In this document: piece after piece, positions 39,122 to 51,498 of the stretch
How the letters are laid out: each line of letters opens with the position of its first letter
How positions within the stretch are numbered: position 1 is the stretch's first letter
From: the human T2T-CHM13v2.0 reference genome, Homo sapiens
Direction: 5' to 3' (one strand)
Length of the DNA stretch: 64,000 bases
NCBI RefSeq assembly: GCF_009914755.1
Contig: NC_060937.1
The notes under the pieces: generated by a model
What the model saw: the letters and a program-made list of their open reading frames with translations, nothing else
What the model was told of the DNA's origin: nothing
Databases searched by the model: none
Program-made: the position numbers and the translations under genes

Positions 39122-39329
39122 ACAGTTATAGAAAAATAAAGAGAAAAGAGATTAAGCAAATAGTGAGGGACTGGAAGAATCTTGAACACGAGGAAGAGGA
39201 AAAAAGCAACAAACATATGAACTATAATAGCGAATCAATTAAATGACTTAATATTTACCTTATCCTTCCTTGATACTCCCTAGATAACAATTCCTAAATA
39301 CGTTTGATCTAAATTTTACTAGCTAATCT

Positions 39330-39940
39330 TCATTCATTCATTCAATTAATATAACCAAAATTTATTGAGTACACCAAAAGGACAAACTCTATGTGTCATG
39401 CTCTGTATAATGCTAGAAAACAACAACAACAACAAAAACTCCTGCTTCTGTGGGGAAATACATATTGACTAAATCATCAAGCACAATAATCTGACATTGC
39501 AATGACACAACTGCAACTAAGGAGAGACATTAGGTGCTATGATCTGACTACGAAATTCAGGAAAGGGTGCCCTTCCATTAGAATAAAGGACAATCATTTT
39601 CTCAGTGAATAGAATGGGAGAAGTATTCAACATATGGAATGAACATGTGTAACTCTTTGCAAGAATAAATATAAGTATCTGAACTCATGGAAAGTCAGAA
39701 TAAGTGGAAAAGATAAATAAAAAGAGAATTATGAAGCCAGTGATAGTTGGAAATGACAGTAGGAGTCAAAGCAAGCAGCAGCTTCTAACCTTCTTAATGG
39801 GAATGAACTGAGGTTTTACAGAGATTACTCTGAGTATATTGGGGAAAAGCTAAAGAAATTATCCAGTTGAGAGAGAGTGGTAGTTTGGAAAAGATATTTA
39901 GTGGTGGAAATGAAGACATATGAACAGAATAGAGAGACAC
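39330..39940 (-). mobile_element. L2 3' end (probably resumes at ~45260-45690)
   Basis: (TTCA)n tail, aaatttattgagtac, cctgcttctgtggggaa. Confidence 0.65.
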
Positions 39941-40716
39941 ATTTAAGATATAATTAATAGAAAACAACAGGGACATATGTTTCATAAAGAAGTTTCCAAA
40001 CAATACATTTAGGTAGTGATATGATTTGGCTCTGTGTCCCCACTCAAATCTCATGTCAAATTGTAATCCCCACATATTAGAAGAGGGGCCTGGTGGGAGG
40101 TGATTGGGTAATGAGGGCAGATTTCTTCCTTGCTGTTCTCATGATTGTGAGTTTTCATGAGATCTGATGGTTTAAAGGTGTATCGTGCTTCCTCCTCCCC
40201 TCTGTCTCCCGTGCTTTGCCATGATGAGACGTGCTTGCTTCCCCTTTGCCTTCTGCTATGGTTGTAAGTTTCCTGAGGTCTCTCAACCATGCTGTTAAGT
40301 CTGTGGAACTGTGAGTCAATTAAACCTCTTTTTTTTTCATAAATTGCTCAGTCTCAGGTAGTTTTCTATAGCACTATGAGAACAGACTAATACAGAAAAT
40401 TTGTACCAGGAGCAGGGCACTACTATAAAGATACCTGAAAATATGGAAGTGTGTAAGTTTCCTTTTGCACTGCTGATAAAGACATATCCAAGACTGGGCA
40501 ATTTACAAAAGAATGTGGTTTATTGTACTTACAGTTCCACATGGCTGGGGAGGCCTCACAATCATGGCAGAAGGCAAGGATGAGCAAGTCACATCTCATG
40601 TGGGTGGCATCAGGCAAAGAGAGAACTTGCACAGGGACACTCTCATTTTTAAAACTATCTGATCTCACAAGACTAATTCACTACCATGAGAACAGCAAAG
40701 GAAACACCCACCCCCA

Positions 40717-40727
40717 TAATTCAATCA
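40717..40727 (+). promoter_or_regulatory. DUX4 consensus motif in THE1C 3' LTR
   Basis: TAATTCAATCA matches TAAYBBAATCA; binding not shown. Confidence 0.55.
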
Positions 40728-42630
40728 CCTTCCACTAGGTTCCTCCCATAACATGTGGGAATTGTGGGAGTTACAATTCAAGATGAGATTTGGGTGGGGA
40801 CACAGAGCCAAACCATAACATTCCACCCCTGCCCCTCCCAAATCTCATGCCTTCAAATTTCAAACTCAATCTTGCCTTCCCAACAGTTCCCCAAAGTCTT
40901 AACTCATTTCAGCATTAACTCAAAATTCAATAGTCCAAAGTCTCAGATGAGACAAGGAAAGTCCTTTATGCCTGTGAACCTGTAAAATCAAAAGCAAGTT
41001 AGTTACTTCCTAAATACAACTGGAGTCCAGGCATTGGGTAAATATACCCATTCCAAATGGGAGAAATTGGCCAAAACAAAGGAGCTACAGGGCCCAAGCA
41101 AATCCAAAATCCAGCACGGCAGTCAAACCTTAAAGGTCCAAAATGATCTCCTTTGATGCCATGTATCACATCCAGGTCACGCTGATGCAAGAGGAGGGTT
41201 TTCATGATCTTGGGCATCTCCACCTCTGTAGCTCTGCAGAGCACAGGCTCCCTGCCAGCTGCTTTCAATGGGCTGGTGTTGAGTGTCTATGGCTTTTCCA
41301 GGTGCAAAACGCAAGCTGTTGGTGGATCTACCATTCTGGGGTCTGGAGGACAGTGGCCCTCCTCTCACAGCTCCACTAGGCAGCACCCCAGTAAGGACTC
41401 TGTGTTGGGGCTCTCACCCCACATTTCCCTTCTGCAGTACCCTAGTAGAGGTTCTCCATGAGCGCCTCGCCCCTAGCAAACTTTTGCAGGCACATTCAGG
41501 GATTTCCATACATCTTCTGAAATCTAGGCAGAGGTTCCCAAACCTCAATTCTTGACTTCTGTGCACCCACAGGCTAAACACCTTGTGGCTTTCATCCTCT
41601 GAAGCCACAGCATAAGCTGTACCTTGGCCCCTTTAAGTCATGGCTGGAGCAACTGGGACACAGGGTACCAATTCCCTAGACTATACACAGCATGGTGACC
41701 CTGGACCTGCCCATATTTTCCTCCTAGGCCTCTGGGCCTGTGATGGGAGGGGCTGCTGTGGAGACCTCTGACATGCCCTGAGACATTTTTCCCATTGTCT
41801 TCGGGATTAACATTTGGCTCCTCGTTATGCAAATTTCTGCATCTGGCTTGAATTTCTCCCCAGAATATGGGATTTTCTTTCATATCACATTGTCAGGCTG
41901 CAAATTTCCCAAACTTTTATGCTCTGTTTTCCTTATAAAACTGAATTCCTTTAACAGCATCCAAGTCACCTCTTGAATGCTTTGCTGCTTGGAATTTTTT
42001 TCTGCCAGTTACCCCCAATCATCTCTCTCAAGTTCAAAGTTCCACAAATCTCTAGGGCAGGGGCAAAATGCTGCCAGTCTCTTTGCTAAAACATAACAAG
42101 AGTCACCTTTGCTCCAGTAGCCAAGTTTTCATCTCCATCTGATACCACCTCAGCCTGGATTTCATTGTCCATATCATTATCAGCATTTTGGCCAAAGCCA
42201 TTCAACAAGTATCTAGGGAATTCCAAACTTTCACACATTTTACTCTCTTCTTCTGAGCCTTCCAGACTGTTCCAACCTCTGCCTGTTACCAAGTTCCAAA
42301 GTCACTTACTTCCACATTTTCAAGTATCTTTTCAGCAGTGCCCTACTCTACAGGTACCAATTTACTGTATTAGTCTGCTTTCATGCTGCTGACAAAGACA
42401 TACCCAAGACTGGGCAATTTACAAAAGAATGTGTTTATTGGACTTACAGTTCCACACGGGTGTGGAGGCCTCACAATCATGGCAGAAGGCAAGGAGGAGC
42501 TAGTCACATCTTATGTGGATGGCAGCAGGTGAAGAGAGAGGTTGTACAGGGAAACTCCCATTTTTAAAACCATCAGATCTCATGAGACTCATTCACTTCA
42601 TGAGAACAGCGCAGGAAAGACCCACCCCCA

Positions 42631-42641
42631 TAATTCAATCA
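42631..42641 (+). promoter_or_regulatory. DUX4 consensus motif in THE1C 5' LTR
   Basis: TAATTCAATCA matches TAAYBBAATCA; binding not shown. Confidence 0.55.
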
Positions 42642-44663
42642 CCCCACTGGGTTCCCCCCACGACACATGGGAATTGTGGGAGTTAAAATTCAAGATGAGA
42701 TTGGAGGGGGACACAGCTAAACCATATCAGGAAGCAACTTTGTAACTGGGTAATGGGAAGATGTTGGAACAGTTTGGAGGCCTCTGAAGAAGACAGGGTG
42801 ATTTGGGAAATTTGGAACTTCCTAGAAAATTGTTGAATGGTTTTGGCCAACATGTCAATAGTGATATGGACAATGAAATCCAGGCTGAGGTGGTCTCAGA
42901 TGGAGATGAGGAACTTACTAGGAACTGGAACAAGAGTCACTCTTGCTATGCATTAGCAGCATTTTGCCCCTGTCTTAGACATTTTTGGAGCTTTGAACTT
43001 GAGAGAGATGATGTAGGGTATCTGGCAGAATGAATTTCTAAGCAGCATGGCCTGGTTGTTTCTAAAAGTGTGCATTCATATGCATGAAGAAATAGATAGT
43101 CTGAAATTATAATTGTATTTAAAAGGGAGGAAGAGCCAAAAACAAAAAAGTTTGGAAAATTTGCACTCTGGCCATGTGGTAAAAAAGAAAAGCCCATTTT
43201 CTGGGGAGAAATTCAAGCTGGCTGCCAAAATTTGCATAAATAATGGGGAACCAAATGTTAATAGCCAAGACCATGGGAAAAATATCTCCAGGGCATTTAA
43301 GAGACCTTTGCCACAGCCCCTCCTGTTATAGGCACAGAGGTCTAGGAGAGAAAAATGGTTTCATGGGCCAGGCCCAGGGCCCCACTACTCTGTGGCATCT
43401 CAGAACATGCCATTCTGTGTCCCAGATGCTCCAGCTCCAGCTGTGGCTAAAGGGGGCCAAGGTACAGCTCAGGCCATTGCTTCAGAGGGTGCAAGCCCTA
43501 AGCCTTTGTGGCTTCCGTGTGGTGTTGGGCCTGAAGGTATGCAGACAGCAAGAGTTAAGGTTTGAGAACCTTTGCCTAGATTTCAGAGGATGTATTGAAA
43601 TACCTGGATGTCCAGGCAGAAGTCTGCTGCAGGGGCAGGGTCCTCATGGAAAACCTCTACTAGGGCACTGCAAAGGGAAAATGTAGGGTTGGAACTCCCA
43701 CACAGAGTCCTTACTGGGGCACTGACTAGTGGAGCTGTGAGAAGAGGACCAGTGTCTTCTAGACCCTGGAATGGTAGGTCCACTGACAGTTTGCACCATG
43801 TACCTGGAAAAGCTGCAGGCACTTAATGCCAGCTTGTGAAAACAGTCAAGGAGGTTGTACCTTGCAGAACCATGAGGGCTGTACCCTGCAGAACCAAGGC
43901 CTTGGGAGCTCACCTCTTACATCAGCATGCCCTGGATGGGAGACATGTAGTCAAAGGAGATTATTTTGGAGCTTTAAGATTTAATGACTGCCCTGTTGGG
44001 TTTCAGACTTTCATGAGGCCTGTAGTTCCTTTGATTTGGACAATTTCTCTTTTTTAGAATGGGAACATTTACCCAATGCCCGTACTTCCATTGTATCATG
44101 GAAGTAATTAACTCATTTTTGATTTTGCCGGCTCATAGGTGGAAGGGACTTCCCTTGTCTTGGATGGGACTTTGAACTTGAACTTTTGTGTTAGTGCTGG
44201 AATGAGTTAAGACTTTGGGGTACTGTTGGGTTTTGAAATGTGAGAAGAACATGAGATTTGGGAGGGGCCAGGAGTGGAATGATATGGTTTGGCTCTGTGT
44301 CCCCACCCAAATCTCACGTTGACTTGTAATCCCCATGAGTCAAGGGAGGAGGCTAGGGAGAAGTGATTGTATCATGAGGGTGGATTTCCCACTTGCTATT
44401 CTCATGATAGTGAGTGAGTTCTCATAAGATCTGATGGTATAAGTGTGTGTGGTACTTTCTCCTTCTCTCTCTCTCTCCTGCTTCACCACGGTAAGATGTG
44501 CTTGCTTCCCCTTCAACTTTCACCATAATTGTAAGTTTCCTAAGGCATCTCAGCCATGCTTCCTGTTAAACCCTTGGAACTGTGAGTCAATTAATCCTCT
44601 TTTCTTCATAAATTACCCAGTCTCAGGTAGTTCTTTATAGCAGTGTGAAAACAGACTAATACG

Positions 44664-45250
44664 TGTAGCATCCTCCTCTGCAAGGTGGAGATTAACTCCT
44701 CTCCCCTTCAAGAAGTATGGGTAAGATTTAGTGATGCACTGTCAACATGAAAAGGGAAAAATGGAGCATATGGACTGAGAAAATAGTAATTTTACAGTGG
44801 AGAGTTCTGGCAGACACCATCTTAATCAAGTGATCAAAGTTAACATCACTGGTAATAAGCCATGTTGACATCATGTATCCTTTGATACAATATGACACCT
44901 CAGAAGAAAACACTGGATTTTTTTCCATAAAACCCCATAATCATAAGAAAACACAGACAAACCAAACTAAGAGGTGTTCTAAAACTACTGACCAATACCC
45001 TTAAAAAGAATTAAGGACACGAAAAATAAAGAGAAAGACTGAAAAACTGTCCTTATTTCTTTCATTATGCAGGAAAAAAATCCTAATCCAGTTTGTAATG
45101 TAATGAGTATTCCAGAAAATGCAAGTGACAGTAATTCCTCAGTTGAGACTAGGCTAATAGGAAGTTCTAATTTAATGTTTGTTATCCTGTACATGAGAGA
45201 ATGTCCTGTTACCTTAGGTGTAGTATTGCTTACAAGGATGATTAGTGTAG
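44664..45250 (+). mobile_element. L1MC/MD 3' UTR fragment (upstream piece ~39945-40016), host of the MSTA insertion
   Basis: aatagtaatttacagtggagag...ggcagacaccatcttaatcaagtgatcaaagttaacatcac. Confidence 0.8.
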
Positions 45251-45718
45251 TAGACAAAATTTGAAGGAGAATTATTTGATGGAAAATTTAGTGGCTTAAG
45301 TAATATATTAGAAATGTGGCACAGGTTTTTTAATCTGGTTAAAATTTCTGATTTCAAATGTATAGTGGGATTAATTTATGATACCTTTAAAAAAATTGAT
45401 GCCTTGTGCCTATGATGTAAGTACAAAAGGAGTAGACACCTGTGCTCACCCATACCCATGTGAGTATGCAGCCACATGAATGTGAACAACAGGGAGACTA
45501 GTCAAGAGAATTTTGGCTAATTTGCAAGTAAAATTATATATTACAGAACCTGAAGTGTTCACGGAGAAGGAAGAGAGAACAGTAAATATATAAACTCGTT
45601 AGATTTAGCAATTAAATATTGGTTACTTACAAGGAAATAGGTTCAATAATGTGATATGACTTCTCAGTGCAGAGGAAATGGAGACAATAATTTTACACAA
45701 TAATTAATAATACATTCT

Positions 45719-46891
45719 TTTTAAAAAAATTTTATTATACTTTTCTGGGATACATGTGCAGAACATGCAGGTTTTTTTCATAGGTATGCATGTGCCATGG
45801 TGGTTTGCTGCATCCATCAACCTGTCATCTACATTAGGTATTTCTCCTAATGCTATCCCTCCCCTAGCCCTCCACCCCCCGACAGGCCCCGGTGTTTGAT
45901 GTTCCCCTCCTTGTGTCCATGAGTTCTCATCGTTCGACTCCCACTTATGAGTGAGAACATGCAGTGTTTGGCTTTTCTCTTCCTGTGTTATATTGCTGAG
46001 AATGATGGTTTCCAGCTTTATCCATGTCCCTGCAAAGGACTTGAATTCATTCTTTTTTATGGCCGCATAGTATTCCAGGTGTATATGTGCCACATTTTCT
46101 TTATCCAGTCTATCATTGATGGGCTTTTGGGTTGGTTCCAAGTCTTTGCTATTGTGAACAGTGCTGCAATAAACATATGTGTGCATGTATCTTTAAAGTA
46201 GAATGATTTATAATCCTTTGGGTATATACCCAGTAATGGGATTGCTGGGTCAGATGGTATTTCTGGTTCTAGAACCTTGAGGAATTGCCAAACTGTCTTC
46301 CAGAATGGTTGAACTAATTTACACTCCCACCATCAGTGTAAAAGCATTCCTATTTCTGCCCATCCTCTCCAGCATCTGTTGTTTCCTGACTTTTTAATGA
46401 TCGCCATTCTAACTAGCAGGAGATGGTATCTCATTGCGGTTTTGATTTTCATTTCTCTAATGACCAGCGATGATGAGGTTTTATTCATATGTTTGTTGGC
46501 TGCATAAATGTCTTCTTTTCTGAAGTGTCTGTTCATATTCTTCGCCCACTTGTTGATGGGGTTGTTTTTTTCTTGTAAATTTGTTTAAGTTCCTTGTAGA
46601 TTCTGGATATTAGCCCTTTGTCAGATGGATAGATTACAAAAATTTTCTCCCGTTCTGTAGCTTGCCTGTTCATTCTGATGATAGTTTCTTTTGTTGTGCA
46701 GAAGCTCTTTAGTTTAATTAGATCCCATTTGTCAATTTTGGCTTTTGTTGCCATTGCTTTTGGTGTTTTAGTCATGAAGTCTTTGCCTATGCCTATTTCC
46801 TGAATCGTATTGCCTACATTTTCTTCTAGGGTTTTTATGGTTTTGGGTCTTATGTTTAAGTCATTAATCCATCTTGAGTTAATTTTTTTTT
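45719..46891 (-). mobile_element. 5'-truncated L1PA (L1PA7-like), about 1.17 kb
   Basis: ORF2 C-terminal peptides ([26 protein letters not shown]; [22 protein letters not shown]); perfect 16-bp TSD attaataatacattct (45703-45718 / 46892-46907). Confidence 0.97.
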
Positions 46892-47099
46892 ATTAATAAT
46901 ACATTCTACACTACAACGAAGCAGAGAAAATCACTGAAGGTAATTTTTTAAGGCTATGGCTAATCTAACAGCTTTAATGTAAATAGATGTTTAACAAAAT
47001 TTTTACTGTTTCATTCCAAGTAATCACCATAGGTGAAAACACAAAGTTTACATTCTAAAGATAACTGATAGATATGACTTATTTGGATATAACAAGGAA

Positions 47100-48120
47100 T
47101 AGCAGAATAACCCAGCAACCGCAAGTATAACTTTGCCCAATCACTACTCCTCACACTTACAGAAGATATCACCTGAATAATTGGATGGATAAGTCTGGAG
47201 TTTTCAGGAGGACTGCATTCATGGTAAAAAGTTCTTTACCATGGAGAAAAAAGGTCTATATTTCCCCAAACATAGTGAGGAGGTTTTAAAATGTTCTACA
47301 GTGTTAGGACGTTCCTATAGAAAGAAGGGACTGACATTTAATTCTCTGATTGAATGCTGCTAAATTAAGTGACTTGGTGATCTGCATTGTGTGCCTACTT
47401 TTGTTTACAGGAAGATAAGTCAACGATATCAGAGAAAAGAGACAGGATTCATTAGTGAGAGCCATTTGGCATGAAAAGAATATGTGATTTTCCCGAACGT
47501 CTAAGTGTTTCAAGAAGGTTAGCTTGAGCTTTCTTACTAGGACAGAATGTAGCAACTTTCATAAGGAAACCAGAAGAAATAGAGAGTGTTCACAGAGAAG
47601 GTCACATCACAACACATTTTCTGTGTCAGAGAAATACACAATGGGATGTCCTATGACATTCCACCTATTAAAGTCATACAAGCACTCATGAAAGAGCCAG
47701 AATCTGAGCATGGATGGTCAAGTCAAGAATTGCAAAAATACCATCTTATGTAGGACATTTTTTTTCCTCTTTCCTTTCTACCCCACTTAAGTGCTGTGAT
47801 TTGAAGATCCAAGTGAAAAAAAGATTAGCTGATGGAAACTGAAAAATAATGATATACTTCCTCTCCATGCCTAGTCATTAATGTCAAGACTGTCTACCAC
47901 TGGGATGTTAATAACGTACAAAATTGAAATTTAAGATAAAATAAACTTTGATCACTCTACTTTATAGGTACAAGTGGATAGTAACCAATGGGATATACCT
48001 ATGTTGCTGTAATGGAAGTTGGAAAAAACATATCTGAAGACAGTAGTCAAGAAAAATAAAATTATTTCATTGAATTTACTGTCCAACAAATTGGTTTTCT
48101 GTATAAGGCTTTGGTAAGAA
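47100..48120 (+). mobile_element. Possible very old LTR (LTR78/LTR79-like)
   Basis: Purine-rich body ending aaataaaattatttc...ggtaaga; weak resemblance only. Confidence 0.25.
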
Positions 48121-48292
48121 GTGTAGAGGTAAAATGTTGAAAAACAAATTTTTTAACAGCAGAACCAAAGAAATAGGAATAATATTATAAAGAACATAAA
48201 CTTTAACATATGATTTGGATAACAGAAAAATTTCTTAATAAAAAATGGACAAGTAAAAGATTATGAGATTGTGAGAATAATCAAAAAATATC

Positions 48293-48433
48293 ACTGCGTG
48301 TGATGGCCCATGCCTGTAATTCTAGCACCTTGGAGGCCTAAGCAGGAGGATTGCCTGAGCCCAGGAGTTTGAGACCATCCTGGACAACACAGGAAGACAT
48401 GTGCATCCTCCATCTTTAAAAACAGAAAAAAAA
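48293..48433 (+). mobile_element. FLAM_C/AluJ left monomer
   Basis: catgcctgtaattctagcac...gcaggaggattgcctgagcccaggagtttgagacc. Confidence 0.88.
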
Positions 48434-48636
48434 GCCTGGGTTTGAACCTCCGTGCAGCAAATAAAGTCATTATTTGCCAAATGTATGGAACATGTACATC
48501 ATGTAACTAATGTATGGAATATGCCTAAAGCATGGAATATATTACATTGAGTAAAAATCTTCAATTATAGCATGTTTTACTGGGAGATAGCAATGGAAAA
48601 TTCTAATACGTAAAGCGTATTAGAATTAGTGACAGA

Positions 48637-48753
48637 GTCACCTAAAGACATAGTGCCTTTACATATTAGACATCAATTTGTCACCTAAATACAAAATGGC
48701 TTTATATATTAGACATCAATTTGTCACCTAAAGACATAGTGGCTTCAAATATT
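48637..48753. repeat. 43-bp minisatellite, about 2.7 copies
   Basis: gtcacctaaa starts at 48637, 48680 and 48723. Confidence 0.95.
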
Positions 48754-48782
48754 GAAGTAGTAGATTATCATTGCCTTCTTAG

Positions 48783-48842
48783 TTTCTACTACAGCATAAA
48801 AATATCATATCTTTTCTACTACAGCATAAAATATCATATCTT
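48783..48842. repeat. About 30-bp tandem duplication
   Basis: tttctactacagcataaaa(a)tatcatatctt x2. Confidence 0.95.
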
Positions 48843-50660
48843 TATCAGGCATCACTTCATTACACTGAAATGGAGAATAATTGGCAATGTCAACCCAGCT
48901 GGAAGCTGTAGCCTGTCAAGCATTATGGGCACTGAGAGTATTAGTAAACTAGTGACTACATAAATTCTTTCAGTATTTGAATATTTCTTATAGGCATGAA
49001 TGAATTAACAACATTTCTGTAGTTGATATCATAACCTGTAAGTGTTAAGAGTTAACTCTATTTTTTTATTTGGGACAAACTACACTTTTAGAGTTCACAG
49101 TTAATAGTTTTAGATGTTCAAAGCAGCTGTATTAACATATCCTCTGAGTAGATTACCACTTTTGACATTTGACTTTAGAGGCAATCATAGTTTCTTTAAT
49201 TACTCTTGAAGAGGTAAGAAACTTAGTATTCTCTCCAAAGATGGCTTATATACAAACAAATCTCTATTATGTTTCCTTATGAAGAACAATTAGCCTTGTC
49301 TTTCTTTCTGTGTCAAGAGATAACTATCTGGTGTGTCCGTCACCAACTGTGCATTAAAGATTCAAAAACAGTTGTCAAACATTATGCCCCCTTCATCTAG
49401 TTAGGCATTGTTAGGCTAAATCAGCATAAGGGGATCATAGATCATTTCTTGTGTGTTTTTCCTCTTAATCTGAGATAGCATTCATGATTGATAGTTTTTT
49501 AATTGCTAATCATGCTCTCATTTTTCTTCCTACAACCAGAATCACATAATTGTGTTACAGTTATTGAACATATCACTTACTTGGTAGACTTTGTCAAATG
49601 TTGTTAATGGTTCAAGTACAAGATTTCTACTGCCAATTGCCTTGTAGTCCCTGTGATGCACCCCATCTGGCCTTTCATATTTTTAGCAACACAATATTGT
49701 AATATCAAATTCCTCTCATTCTTACTTTTAACTTTCTGTAACAGACATATACCGCTATGCCTTTCCTTTTATACCAGTTGATTATAATTATACTTTTTTG
49801 TTTCTGATTTTTTCTTAGAATTAAGTGTTATATATCACTTTATTTACTAAGCAGAATATCGTAAGTTTTATACAAGAGATTTTAAATGCCATTTGAGAAC
49901 TACCCATTCGCATTGAGCCTAGAACTGTTTGATCCGTTTCACATTTCCTTGCAAAGAGATAAATCTAAGATAATATCTTCACAATACACTAGACTTTAAT
50001 GGACACATAACATAAAATTGTGTTTTTGTGAGTTTAATTGGTGAAGTTTCTCATGTGACCACATTAAAATACTGTTTGGATAAAAGGAAAACAAAAACAG
50101 GACATCTTCCAAAGTAAAAATAAGATGCAGCTGGAAAGAAAAAAAAATTAACCCTGTCGATGTTATTGTAAAAGTTGAGCAGTTTATCCAAAAATCTATT
50201 CCCAAATATCAGGAAAGAATGTTGGATCGGGCGTACGTGAAGAATGTGGAGTGCCAAATAAAACATTCTAAACAATCCATTTCATATGTTTAATAGAAGA
50301 GAACTTAACAATAGTAATAATGAACATAGGGTTAGAATCCTGACACGATAATGCTATTTTGGAATATTTTGGAAATATTCTCATATATTAGGATATAAAT
50401 TATAAGTCATAAATAAAGCATTTTAAGTATTCAGATATAATTTCTTATATAGAACAAAACAAATTTTGGCTTCACTGCTAGAAAATCTGCAAAACTCAAC
50501 ATTGGACAAAGATACCACAAAGAATGAAATGAGGCAGTTCAGAGAACACTGGAGAGCACAAATAGTTAAAATACGGTTATAATTAAATGAATAAGTGGTA
50601 AAATTAAGTCAAATTGGTTACATATCCTTGTAACTGAAGTTGGACTATATCTTGCTGAAA

Positions 50661-51013
<353 letters not shown>

Positions 51014-51087
51014 TTACATATCAGGTACCGGCAGGAAACAAATTATTCACTTAGACTGGATTTTAATGGAAGTTTAATAAAGGAACT

Positions 51088-51459
51088 TGATATGGTGTGT
51101 CTTTGTCTCCACCCAAATCTCATCTTGTATTGTAGCTCCCATAATCCCCATGTGTTGTGGGATGGACTGGATGGGAGGCAATTGAATCATGGGCAGATTT
51201 TCCCATGCTCGTGATATGCTTATCTCATGATAGTGAATAAGTCTCATGAGATCTGATGGTTTTATAAAGGGCAGTTCCCCTGCACACACTCTGTTGCCTG
51301 CTGCCATGTAACAAGTGCTTTTGCTCCTTGTTCACCTTCTGCCATGATTGTGAAGCCTCCCCAGCCATATGGAACAGTGAGTTCATTAAGCCTCTTTTTC
51401 TTTATAAATTATCCACTCTCAGGTATTTCTTCATAGCAGTACGAAAATGGACTAATAAA
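51088..51459 (+). mobile_element. THE1D-like solo LTR
   Basis: tgatatgg...ttttataaagggcagttcccctgcaca...aggtatttcttcatagcagta; TSD gaact/ggact. Confidence 0.92.
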
Positions 51460-51498
51460 GGACTAATTACAAAAGATGAGCAGAAATTTGGGGAATAC

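Larger units (their letters stand above)
40450..42729 (-). mobile_element. Two-LTR THE1C-like MaLR element (5' LTR 42366-42729, internal 40821-42365, 3' LTR 40450-40820)
   Basis: gctgataaagacata.ccaagactgggcaatttacaaaaga LTR signature twice; perfect TSD GGAAG (40445-40449 / 42730-42734). Confidence 0.95.
40017..44663 (+). mobile_element. Two-LTR MSTA MaLR element (5' LTR 40017-40394, internal 40395-44279, 3' LTR 44280-44663), interrupted by THE1C
   Basis: Two homologous LTRs, MST-int text continuous across the insert (gatacctgaaaatatggaag|caactttgtaactgggtaa), TSD ggtag/tgtag. Confidence 0.94.

Noticed and set aside
40400-44640. Dense cluster of overlapping ORFs that looks like an operon
   Set aside because: GC-richer MaLR LTR and internal sequence has fewer stops; no continuous reading frame
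45704-46775. ORFs of 160, 67 and 80 aa with real protein similarity
   Set aside because: Fragments and off-frame reads of L1 ORF2p C-terminus and 3' UTR in a 5'-truncated L1PA; not a host gene
48434-48470. gggtttgaacctcc resembling a tRNA T-arm/B-box
   Set aside because: No cloverleaf, A-box or acceptor stem; it follows a FLAM/Alu monomer
48637-48753. Regularly spaced repeats resembling a CRISPR array
   Set aside because: Units are contiguous with no unique spacers, there are no cas genes, and the context is primate DNA
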